Part shown: positions 52,218 to 62,761 of the stretch, in pieces
Numbering within the stretch: the stretch's first letter is position 1
Layout of the letters: the number at the start of each line of letters is the position of its first letter
Source of the DNA: Callorhinchus milii
Taxonomy: Eukaryota
Direction of reading: 5' to 3'
Assembly (NCBI RefSeq): GCF_018977255.1
Contig: NW_024704810.1
Coordinates: 1-64,000, forward strand
Length of the DNA stretch: 64,000 bases
Notes under the pieces: model-generated
What the model saw: the letters and a program-made list of their open reading frames with translations, nothing else
Database searches by the model: none
What the model was told of the DNA's origin: nothing
Program-made: the position numbers and the translations under genes

Positions 52218-53026
52218 GGGCTCAGTGCACAGTAATACCCCGCGGAGTCCGTAACTCTCACGTGCAATATATTTAATGGGACGGTTCTCTCCGCTTTAGA
52301 CACATTCGTTGAGAAACGTTCTTTTGCAAAGTCGGCCTTGTTTGATCCTGTTGTTGGTGTCTGTGCGAAGGATATATTCTGGAGCTTTGTTGAAAGTGTC
52401 GGTACCAGAACAGATAGTCACTGATGCCGCCTGTAGCTGTATAATTACACTGCAGAGAAACATCCTCCCCTTCAGTCACTGTCACAATAGATCGGAGCTG
52501 TGTTACACCATCTCCTCCACAACGTCCTGGGAACCAGAAGTAGAATGATAACAGTAATAATAGCGATTATTATATTTGATACAGAGCTTTTTCATGTCGT
52601 TAACTTGTCACCAAACATTTCACAGAATATACTGTCTCTGTGCATTTTGGGGGCGAAACGTGTGACCGCATTGTTGTTAGTAATTGTTTTTTTAAGGGAT
52701 TATCAGTCCCGAAATGCAGTCCATCGATCGGCAAAAGAAACGGCACCTACGTACTGCTTGGTAAAGAACTGCATGTGTGTGGAGTAAGGAAACTTGCCTA
52801 AGGTTTCACTGTGTCTCAACGGGGAACGGATAGCCGTTCCACTCACTTGCGAGGCCGATTCTAGGTCCAGTAAGGCAGAACTTTACGGTTCATTTCACCT
52901 GTTAGTTATTTTATGCAATAAAACATACGATTGACTAATACGGTCAGGAACCAGACTGATAGAGCGAGTTTATCGCTTACCTGACAAGGTAATGATCACT
53001 GCTACAACACAGATATACATCGCCGT
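52218..53026 (-). pseudogene. TCR V pseudogene (family A; close paralog of the 36.7-kb gene), frameshifted as assembled
   Basis: V exon 52218-52526 is 309 versus 313 nt (two 2-nt deletions); leader 52981-53026 starts with ACG, second ATG at 53018-53020. Confidence 0.75.
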
Positions 53027-54140
53027 ATGTACTTTACGGCGCGGAGCGTTGAGATAGCGTTGATGGTGTAGTTGGAGAATGGTTCCTGGGAGGCTATAAG
53101 ATACGGTGAGGAGGGCTGAACAGGAAACAACATACAGAAGTTAACATATGCTGTGAGGGAGCAGGTCTGAGGGTTATGTACAAACCTTGTGTCTGTGTCA
53201 TTGCACGTCATCTTCTCTGCTCTGCCATCTCGTTCCTCCATTGGTTCTCTTCCATCACTGAGATGTCTTCGTTCAGGCGGATGTCTGACACCTGCAGCAA
53301 GTTACACACATATTTCAGTTTATCCAAAACAATTGCATGAGTTCCACATCTCTGTGCCATCTGTGCGTGTCAATGTGCCTGTGGAAAGGAACTTGCTTTC
53401 TTCTTGGAAGGACATATCCTGATTCAATATCTTCGCAGATCCCTAGGCAAAGACCGTCAAGGGTCTTGGGCATGTTTCCTTACTCCATACGACTAACAAG
53501 ATTCCCTCCAAAACAATAATAAATACATCATTTTCAATCAAAGACTGTTTGTGGGACACTGCTCTGCGCCATTGGCTGCTACGTTTCGCCCAGAAATATA
53601 CGGTCAATTCACATTACTGTATAATCCGTGAAGCTCTTTGAGAAGCTTAGAAGACGTAAACAGCGCTATATCGAATGCAATGATTATTTATTATTATTGG
53701 AAGAAACAAGACTCTGAACCTGATTTAAGTACTTAAAAAAAAATTCTTGTTAATATCTAGGATTTGTATGCCATCTGTCTCGTTGCAGGAATAACATACT
53801 GGTCTCTGCAGAAGCTGCAATATGTAAACATTTCTGTTTATATAATAATAATCCTTGCCTTCGATATAGCACCTAATCATGCATTCGAGATGTGTCGATG
53901 CGCTTCACAGTATATAATAATCATAATGGTAATCATTCCATTCAATATATAACCTGATTACGTGATCGAGACGTCTGAAATCGCCTCCCAAGATATCACG
54001 TAATATGAATTGGTTCGATATTTGTTGGGCGCAGTGTGGCGGCAAATTTACCCCGAAGCTAAGAGGCAGAAACTAAGAGGCAGTGAGTGCTGAGCAGTTA
54101 CTGTGATGAACAAGAGGGGAATTGCTGACTGATCACTGGA

Positions 54141-54179
54141 GGTTTGTGTACGGCCTCTCCATGTGATTGTCTCACTGTG
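54141..54179 (-). other. 23-RSS
   Basis: CACAGTG 54173-54179, 23-bp spacer, ACACAAACC 54141-54149. Confidence 0.82.
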
Positions 54180-54714
54180 TCTCCACTGCACACAAGTAAG
54201 TGGCGGCGTCTGTCACTTCTGCGCCTGTGATGCTCAGATTACTGCCCTTTTCTCTAGAGTTCATTGTAGCTGTGATCCTCTTCTTCTGCTGATCTCCTGT
54301 AGGTCCTGTTACCAAGTGTTTGAGAGTCTTGTTCGGATACTGTCTGTACCATTGTAATGCCCGCGATTCTGTTGTGGAACAGCTGATAACAGTTGAATTC
54401 AGCAGTATTACACCGATATTATTGGTAATTGATTATTAATTTATTGGGTTGTTAACCTAGGTAAGCGATCGGGGAATCGACTATCAACCTGCTTCCTGCT
54501 TCCTGCTGGGGAAACAGATTCGTGAGGTGTAAGCAACTCGCTGAAAGGTTTCACTGCCCGGCAACCGAACTCGGGTTTTCTCGCCGGTGAGGCGACCACT
54601 CTACACGTTAAGATTCGGAAAGTTTATGATATAAAAATCATGCACTGTGCATGTCCACACATACTTACTGGCTATGGTGAGGATTGCTATCAGTAACTGG
54701 CAGTGAGCTGTCAT
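54180..54714 (-). pseudogene. Chimeric pseudogene: 3' two-thirds of a family-G V fused to the intron and leader of a family-F gene
   Basis: 54180-54389 = ISCSTTESRALQWYRQYP..DAATYLCAVET (no acceptor or FR1); from about 54390 the sequence matches the family-F intron near 26700; F leader MTAHCQLLIAILTIA 54669-54714. Confidence 0.83.
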
Positions 54715-55779
54715 GTTGGCTGCTGAGGTGTGGACAGATAATGGGATCTCTTCCTTTGTATATCGCTGTGTTGCTGCTTCAGTGACAAGTTGTGAGGCAG
54801 CGGCTGATCTGACGTGTTGAATGGTTTATTTTTTACAACTGTAGGCGTTTCCCACTAACCAGAGGAACTTGAACTTGATCTGATGGTGATTGGGAGCCAA
54901 TGGGTCTGGGCTTGGATGGGAACATTGACAAACTTTTCATCCAAGTCATTTCCCTTACATGTATTGTGTGAACCGCTTTGCCATATCTGTAAGATGTGAT
55001 CAGTCACTACATCAAATGAAAACTTTATTTTTATTTTAAACTTTATTATTAAACTGAATGCATTCATGAAGTTGATGAATGCTTGAGACATGCAGCAGAG
55101 CCTTGAAGGGATAAAGGTTTACGTTCTGACATCAAGGCTGAGGTGACAACATTTCTCTGTTGATGTTACTTTCTCCTGTGAGGATCACGAAGTTGATCTG
55201 CCGCGGATTGGAGGCGAGAGGTTCTGGGCCAGGATGTGAGCAGTCGCGTTTCACCCACTCACAATATTGTTTTAAAATATATTCTTTGAAGCGCTTTCAG
55301 ACGCCTCCTTGACGCAATATGGTTCCAGATCAAATGCTCATTTTTATTTTCATTATTGATCTGAATGCATTCACTTGGTTGGTTTTGAACCAAGCAGCCC
55401 AGCTTTAGAAAAAAGTTTACTTTCTATCATCGTGGCTGAGGTGAAAATCTGCCTCTGTTACCGGTACTTGCTTTTATGCGTCTGAATGTTGTTGGTTTTG
55501 GACCCAGTTCGGCAGTTTCATCTCACAGGCGATACGAGATAGTTCTTGAATTCTTAAATTAAAGTAAATAGGTCGGTTGTAATCTCTTTTTCAAGCTAAA
55601 CAAATATAAAGGACTGCATAGATCTTAACGAAAATTTACATATTTATTACCGAAGTGAGATCCACTTAAGGATGGCTGCTTGTGTTGGACAAAGACAACA
55701 CCTATAAAAAGTGAAGCAAATAATGTTTCCTGAGCAACCGAAGTTTTGTGATCATAATGCTTCAAAGTTTTTACACTTC

Positions 55780-55955
55780 AGCTGAAGTAGCAACAGTGCA
55801 TATCAGGAAACTATGTCAAATGTAAGAGGAAGCACCTGTTATTGCTGCCAAGGATGTTAGTTACAGAAAGGAACGTGAGAAGTTATGTCAGTCGCTGCTC
55901 ATGTTATGTGTGTCTTTAGTGCGAGTTCTGCTGTTGGATTGGAGCTACAGCACAT
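55780..55955 (-). promoter_or_regulatory. ETS/E-box block, copy 9 (CTCF core decayed)
   Basis: GGAAGCACCTG near 55828; ACAGCAGAACTCGC 55921-55934. Confidence 0.45.
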
Positions 55956-56299
55956 GTATATTTGGAGACAGTTGATAGCAAATTGATTTCGGCCCGTCAT
56001 AACTTTCCCGTTTCGAATGTCGCTACGTAAATGAAAGTTAATATTTCTTATTTTTTCCGACTTGCTCAATTAGCTGAGGAAGACTACCATGTGCAGATCT
56101 CCGCAGAACGCAAAATATATGAAGTTATTTATGTGAAAATAACATGATCGTACTTAATAATAATAAGTATCGTTGCATTTAATACAGTGCAAAATCAGTT
56201 CTTCGAAACGCCACAAAATATTTTGCCGTGAATTGAACCCACGTATCTTGCTTGCTTGGTTGATTTCGAGGCGAGTGCTATAAACATTTAGCTACAGGC

Positions 56300-56338
56300 A
56301 ATTCTTGTAGGGCACAATCGCTGATCTATACCTCTGTG
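56300..56338 (-). other. 23-RSS, degenerate nonamer
   Basis: CACAGAG 56332-56338, 23-bp spacer, ACAAGAATT 56300-56308. Confidence 0.7.
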
Positions 56339-57475
56339 GGGCTCAGTGCACAGTGATACCCCGCAGAGTCCGTAACTCTCACTTGCGATATATTTAATGG
56401 GACGGTTCTCTCCCCTTTAGACACATTCGTGGAGAAACGTCCTTTTGCGAAGTCCGCGTGGTCCGGGAACTTGTTGCTGCTGTCTGTTCTTAGGATATAT
56501 TCTGGAGCTTTATTGGGATAGTGACGGTACCAGAACAGATAGGGATCGCTGGTGCTTGTAGCTGTGTAATTACACTGCAGATAAACATTCTCCCCTTCAT
56601 TCACTGTCAGAGTAGATTGCAGCTGTGTCACAGAATCTCCTCCACAATGTCCTGGGAAAGAAAAACACATCAGCGTTGATAGCAATAATAAAAATAATAA
56701 TAATAACATGATAATTATTGGATTTGATATAGCCCCTAATCACATGGTTGCGGTGTCTGCAAATGGTGCACATAATACACTTTTACTTTGAATTTGTGGG
56801 CGACACGTGGCAGTTAATTGCGCACAGCATTCACCCACAAACAGTAATGGAATGATTGACAGCATTTTTATGTTAATATAAGTATACATTTTTTTGAAGG
56901 ATTATTTACAAACGAAATATATTCCAACAATCGATTAACAAACGTGTATCTACTGACTTCTGGGCAAACAGAGTGTGTGTTTGTGGTGTAAGGTAACTTG
57001 CATAGGGTTTCGCCCTGTCTCGCCCGGGAATCGAAACCAGGTCATCTCGCTGACGAGACCAGTTCCTTGTCCGCTGAGCTAGAATTCTCCATGAGGCAGG
57101 TAGCTTATTGGTTATTTTATACAATAAACATAGGAACAAACGAACATAGAAATCAGGAACAGGAGTAGGACCGTCGGACCCTCCAGCCTGCCTAGCCATT
57201 CAATAATATCATGACTGATCTTCTAACCTAACTCCATCTGCACTCCTGATCCCCATATCCCTTAAACCCTCTATCCTTTAGAAATCTATCAATCTCAGTC
57301 TTGAACCTGCAGATGGACTGAGCACCTACAGCCTTCTATTGTAGAGAATTTCATAAATTCCATAAATAAAGCATAAGCATTTGATAATATGTACAGGAAA
57401 CAGGCTGATAGAGTGAGTTTATCGCTTACCTGATAAGGAAATGATGGTTGCTACCACATAGATATACATTATCAT
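56339..57475 (-). CDS. TRAV/DV: TCR alpha/delta V gene (family A), open; YYC>YHC and weak RSS nonamer
   Basis: Leader 57430-57475 (MIMYIYVVATIISLS-G); V exon 56339-56651 GHCGGDSVTQ..LQCNY..WYRH..DSAGYHCALSP. Confidence 0.8.
57135..57348 (-). mobile_element. CR1 LINE 3' end with 3' UTR in the leader-V intron
   Basis: ORF2 end (..RFKTEIDRFLKDRGFKGYG) plus 3' UTR of the type catagaaatcaggaacaggagtagg..agccattcaataatatcatg on the opposite strand. Confidence 0.8.
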
Positions 57476-59167
57476 ATATACTTAATCTCACAGGCGTTGA
57501 GGGAACGTTGATGGTGCAGTTGGAGAATGTTGGCTGGGAGAGAGTAAGATACGGTGAGGAGTACTAAACAGGAATAACCTAGAGAAGTTACTCTACACTG
57601 CGAGGGAGATGGTCTGAGGGTTACGTACAAATCTTGTGTTTCTGCGTCATTTTCTCTGCTCTGCCGTATCGCTCCTCCATTGTTTCTCTTCCATCACTAA
57701 TATGTTTTTGTTCAATCGGATGTCTGAAACCTGTAGCAAGATACACCCATATGTAAGTTCATCAAACGCTCATAAATGAGTTCACATATATGTACAATGA
57801 GTAGAGTTCTGTAGCTCACGGATTAAAGCCATCGCCCCAAGCGAGAGATATCTGTTCGATTCCTGACATGGTCAACTGTTGGTCAAATTTCCTTACTCCA
57901 CACTCAACACTGTTAACAGCGCAGTAAGTAGGAATCTGGTAGTTAGGTAGATTGCTGGTTTACTTGCTGGGTAAATAAATCCTGTTTCGCCTTCAAAATG
58001 CACAGCCAATATAATTTAGAGAATATTCTGTGAAGCACATTGAGACATCTCAGAGGCGAAATTATTCGCTCTATTCAATGTCAAGGTTTCTTGTAATACA
58101 GATAATCAAAAGAAGGCAGGACGTGTATTCAGTGGAAGCCACTGAGTGTGTGCAGATGGCAAGACAATGACCTAATGTGTGTTGGCTTCACATCCCCGGG
58201 GGCAGCTGTCAATTTGGTAACGAAGTGAAACGAGGCGTTGAGAGGGTTCAAAGCGAAAGGGTAGGAGCCACGTTTCGTCAGCAGTTTCTCAGCTTTCTCA
58301 CCCCCAATTAGTTGAGAGTTTTCTTCTTGCCACTCTCCGCTCAAGGTTGTGGGTTACTGCAGTTTGGGAACAAATCCCAAGTTTCTTAGCATAATTCATT
58401 TCTACAAGTTACTGCGTTGTACGATTTATTTCGATGAATGATACTTCACAGATTCACATTTATTTTTCGTAACCGGTGTGTCACACATGTGAGGACACCC
58501 ATCACCGTTCTTTTGAATGACCAAACCAACCTGTGAGTTATAATAATTGCCCTTGCGTTTGATATCAAGCCTTATCAATTACCGAGGAGTCTATAAGTTC
58601 TTCACAGTGTAGAGTATCGCCAGTGTATTTTGTGGACAAGACCTGGCAGCTAAGTGCGCACAGCAGCGTCTCACAAACAGTCTTTGATCGAGTGATGTAC
58701 ATTTATAATCGACGAAAAGCGATCATCTCAAACGCCTGTCACGCGGGCTCAGATTTCCGGATCAGTAAATCAATAAAAATAACAATAAACCTTGCATTTG
58801 ATACAGCTCCTGATCTCGTCTTCGAGATATTACACAGCGTTTTATAGGTTGTACACACAGTGTATATAAGTTATAAGTGAATTGATTGCGTTTGCTATGG
58901 GATAATTGCAGCAGCCGATTGCGCGCAACCGGATCCCACAAACTGTTGTGGAATAAAGAAAATGTTGCTTTCCAGTTGAAACAATTCTTACCCTCTGAAA
59001 TGCGATCTGCCAGTAAACTACCAGCCATATTCCTACACAATTCAACGTAAGCAGACGCATGAGGAGTTCGGAAACTTGCAAAACGTTTTGACCTGACGGA
59101 AACCGATCCCAGGCCCTCACGCTTGCGAGGCGAGTGCTCTAACCATTGAGTTGCAGTAAAACCAACA

Positions 59168-59206
59168 TGTTTTTGTACAGTTGCCTCTTAGACGCACAGC
59201 ACTGTG
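59168..59206 (-). other. 23-RSS
   Basis: CACAGTG 59200-59206, 23-bp spacer, ACAAAAACA 59168-59176. Confidence 0.9.
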
Positions 59207-59666
59207 CCCTCCGCACAGAAGTAAGTGGCGGTGTCTGTCATTCGCACCTCAATGATTGTTAGAGTGCAGTTTCTCTGTTTTGATTAATCAATGCTCTTTT
59301 CCTGTCCTTCACATTTATATCACTTTTTCCCAAAACCAAGAACCGAATGGAGCCGTTGCCAATTGTTCATACCACTGAAAGGCAGGAGTGGTCACAGTGG
59401 TACTGCAATCCATAGAAACATTTCCATTTTCATTCACTGTCACGGCCTGAGGTGTCTGTGAGACATCACTTGCGGCCAAGACACCTGGAAAGAAACAAAA
59501 TGAACATTCTTCGAAAGGATATCGGAAAATATCTGCCACGACAATTTGTAATTATTTAGGAGGAAAAAACAGAAGCATTTACTTGAAAACAATACATAAT
59601 CTACTTACACTGTAGAAATAATATTATATTCAAAATAACATAATTTGCACTGTAATTATGCTTCAT
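59207..59666 (-). pseudogene. TCR V pseudogene (family C), frameshifted as assembled
   Basis: Leader 59609-59666 (MKHNYSANYVILNIILFLQ); V exon 59207-59484 is 278 nt with two 1-nt deletions (after QWYEQ and before NCTL). Confidence 0.75.
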
Positions 59667-61134
59667 TTTCAACTGCCGTCGATTCACTTCTGTATTTTCC
59701 GTTGATATGCAAAGATAAATTGGCGAAATGTAGCGTCTGGTTGATAAGCGTTTTTTCATTTGAGGAGTTGTCTCTTATCCCCGCGTCATTATCTTGTCTC
59801 TGTTCATTGCTGGAGGTGCAGGGCTACTCCTCCTACAGTTTATGTTTAGATTCCCTTCTCCTCGCTGTGGCCAACTATAGTAATGCGTGAAGAGTCAGTG
59901 TAGGCCGACCTTGTGACAAAGATTCAGGAAATATGCAAATAATAATAGCCATAATTCCTGCAATTGATATAGCGGCTTATCAGCTCTTCGATACGTCTTG
60001 AAATGATTTACAGAATATAAAATTAATTGACTGTAATTTGCGAGTGAAACTCGGCAGGAAGTTGCACACAATAGTGCCTCGCAAACAGTCATTGAGCGAA
60101 TGACCAACTTATCACTTTTTTTACGGTGTTATTATCCTGGCAATCTGTGCGCTGTTCGACTAATAAGCGGGTTCCTATTTACTGTTCGGGTAAACAGAAT
60201 CGTGTGGAGTAAGGAAATTTGCACAACATTTCGCAATGATGAGAACCGTATGCGTGTATCCTGCTTGCGAGGTCAGTGTTGTAACCACATACTTAAGGAA
60301 CAAGATGTACTTTGGCGAAGAGCCAATATCTTTATAGATAAATATTAAATATATTTATAGATCTTTGTAGACTTACAGGAATAGCGTACGAAGACCTTTG
60401 TGATTAAGCGAATGAGCTCAAAAATTTCCTGGGTTCCCTTCAAACCAGGTTTAGGATATAAGGAACATATTTTCCAGTAATCGTGGAAGTAGAACAATCG
60501 GAGCATCCTGATAGCCCCTTACATTGTGTCGACTGAACATCTCCAATTTGTAGTAAATTTTGTTGTTCGATACTCTACGTTTCGAGTATATCTGTTGTTC
60601 AGAACGGAAAGTGTAAACCAAGCCATGGGATGCGGTTGGCGACCTTCTGAAAAAGATGAGAAGAGGTGTGCAGTAACATGATTTATTGAACCACTTTTTA
60701 CAGGATTTCAAGCCAGTGCTGTCTGGTCAGAGTAACAGCGCACGTGCGACACCAAGTGGTCAAACACTGCAATATATTTTTTACCCTGAAACAGGAATAA
60801 TAACATAAATGAAATATCAATATATTTTTTAATTATATAGTAATAAACTTATTAAATAGCTTAATAACACGTTTAGTGTATCCGAACAAACAGTGAGGAG
60901 GGCAGAAGTTTTTTTTCATACGGCGAGTTGTTCTGATCCTGAATGCATTGCCTGAAAGAGTGGCAGAAGCCGATAATCTAACAACTTTCAAGAGAGAATT
61001 GCTGTCCAGTAGAGAATATAATTTAACAGCGGCTGCTATTTGGGATAAGGGGAACAATATAGAATATGTGAGATAGAAATTGTTACTTGAGCAACCTAAG
61101 CCTTGTGCTAATACTTTAGGCCAATATTTGTAAA

Positions 61135-61315
61135 TTTCAATGGAAGCAGCAAACGTGTGCATACGTGCACTCTGTCAACTGCAACAGGAATCACCTGTTA
61201 CTGCTGCAAAGGAAGTCAGTTACAGAAAGCAACGTGACAAGTTATCTGTGTTGGAGCTCATGTTATATGTGTTCCTTTAGTGCGCCATCTGCTGGTGGAT
61301 TGTAGCTACAGCACG
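61135..61315 (-). promoter_or_regulatory. ETS/E-box plus CTCF block, copy 10 (perfect core)
   Basis: CAGGAATCACCTG near 61185; CCAGCAGATGGCGC 61282-61295. Confidence 0.65.
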
Positions 61316-62722
61316 TTTACATTTGGCGAGGTTTCACAGTATAATTGTTTTGGGTCCTTCTTTCCTTTGCTTGGTGGTACCTTCTACACTGGAATTTTAT
61401 ACATTTGTCTCATTTCCCCGCTCGTTCCTCATATTTTGTGTTCTTCCGTGGAACATTCGATGACAATGTCTTTCACATTCGGTTCCTTTGACGTGCCAAT
61501 GTGCTGACACTTGCTGCCCCACTTTCTCCCCCATTTTAATTCAATTCATTGCCTTTTTACTTGATCGATTATATTATTTGACTGATCACTTAGCTGACTT
61601 AGAGCATTTTACAGCAGAGTAACAAAAAATTGGCATTTATGTAAGTCCGTTCAGATCAGGAGGACGTCCCAAGGCAAATGTAGTCACTAGGCTTAAAATA
61701 AAAATTAATCTTCATTCTTCTTCATCAAAAATACACTATTTTTTTTTCTTTCTTTAGTGACTCGTGGAAAGCGCTAAATGCGAATACGAGGATTCAGGTG
61801 ACCTATCTTTCAACTCATATTTCCGACTTTTCCCCGTATTCTTTGAAATTCTGAGCTAAAATAAATGTATCCAACTCAGTCTGGAAAATATGAATGGATC
61901 CAACATTCCCAGATTCTTTGTGAAAATTTTCCATATTTCCTCAAATTGTTCGTAATTTTTAGTCTCCCAATTTCGCTGCTAAATGACCTAAATCTAATGC
62001 ACCCTCGTTCTGCATTCCCCCATCACCAGAAGAAACAGTGCCTCTATAAATAGAGGCAATAGTTTGTGATAAACAATAAAATTGGGACTTGTTTCTTTTT
62101 GACGTTATCTTATTTATTAAAGCAACATAGACAGAAACGTGCATTTGGCAGCGCTGCCCAGAAAGCAAGCAATTTTTAAATATTACTGGATGATAAACAG
62201 ACTACAGTTAATAACAATAATAACAATAATAGGTGCATTTGATATACATCTGACGTATGTGTGCAATAAGAAAAGTTGAAAAATGTCCCAGAATGCAAGA
62301 CATTTTTAATTATTACTGATGATAACATGACTACAGTTAATAACAACAATAATAATAGTTGCATTTGATATAGCGCCATATCACATCTTCGAGACGCCAC
62401 TCAGTGCTTCATTCAATATGCAGTAAACGAATTGACTGCATATTGTGAGGGCGAAGCACGGCAGCAAATTGTAATTATCGGTGACTCATTGGATGAAGTG
62501 ACCAAATTATTATTAACACTGTTATTCAGAAGGAATTATTGCCTCTGAAAAATCGATACTCCAACTGATTAACAACCTGCTGCCTATTTACTGCTGGTAA
62601 CCAGAGACTAGTGTGTGGAATAAGGAAAGTTGCGCAATGATTCGTTCTGCAGGTCATTGAACCAACGTCTATCGCTTGTGAGGCGAGTGCTGTAACCACT
62701 GAGCCACAGGACCCCACATGGC

Positions 62723-62761
62723 TGTTTTTGTAGGGCGGATCCGCTGATCTGTGCCTCTGTG
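62723..62761 (-). other. 23-RSS (variant heptamer)
   Basis: CACAGAG 62755-62761, 23-bp spacer, ACAAAAACA 62723-62731. Confidence 0.85.

Noticed and set aside
41-59160. Many tRNA-like sequences with A and B boxes
   Set aside because: They continue into SINE body and tail sequence and are degenerate; these are SINE heads, not tRNA genes.
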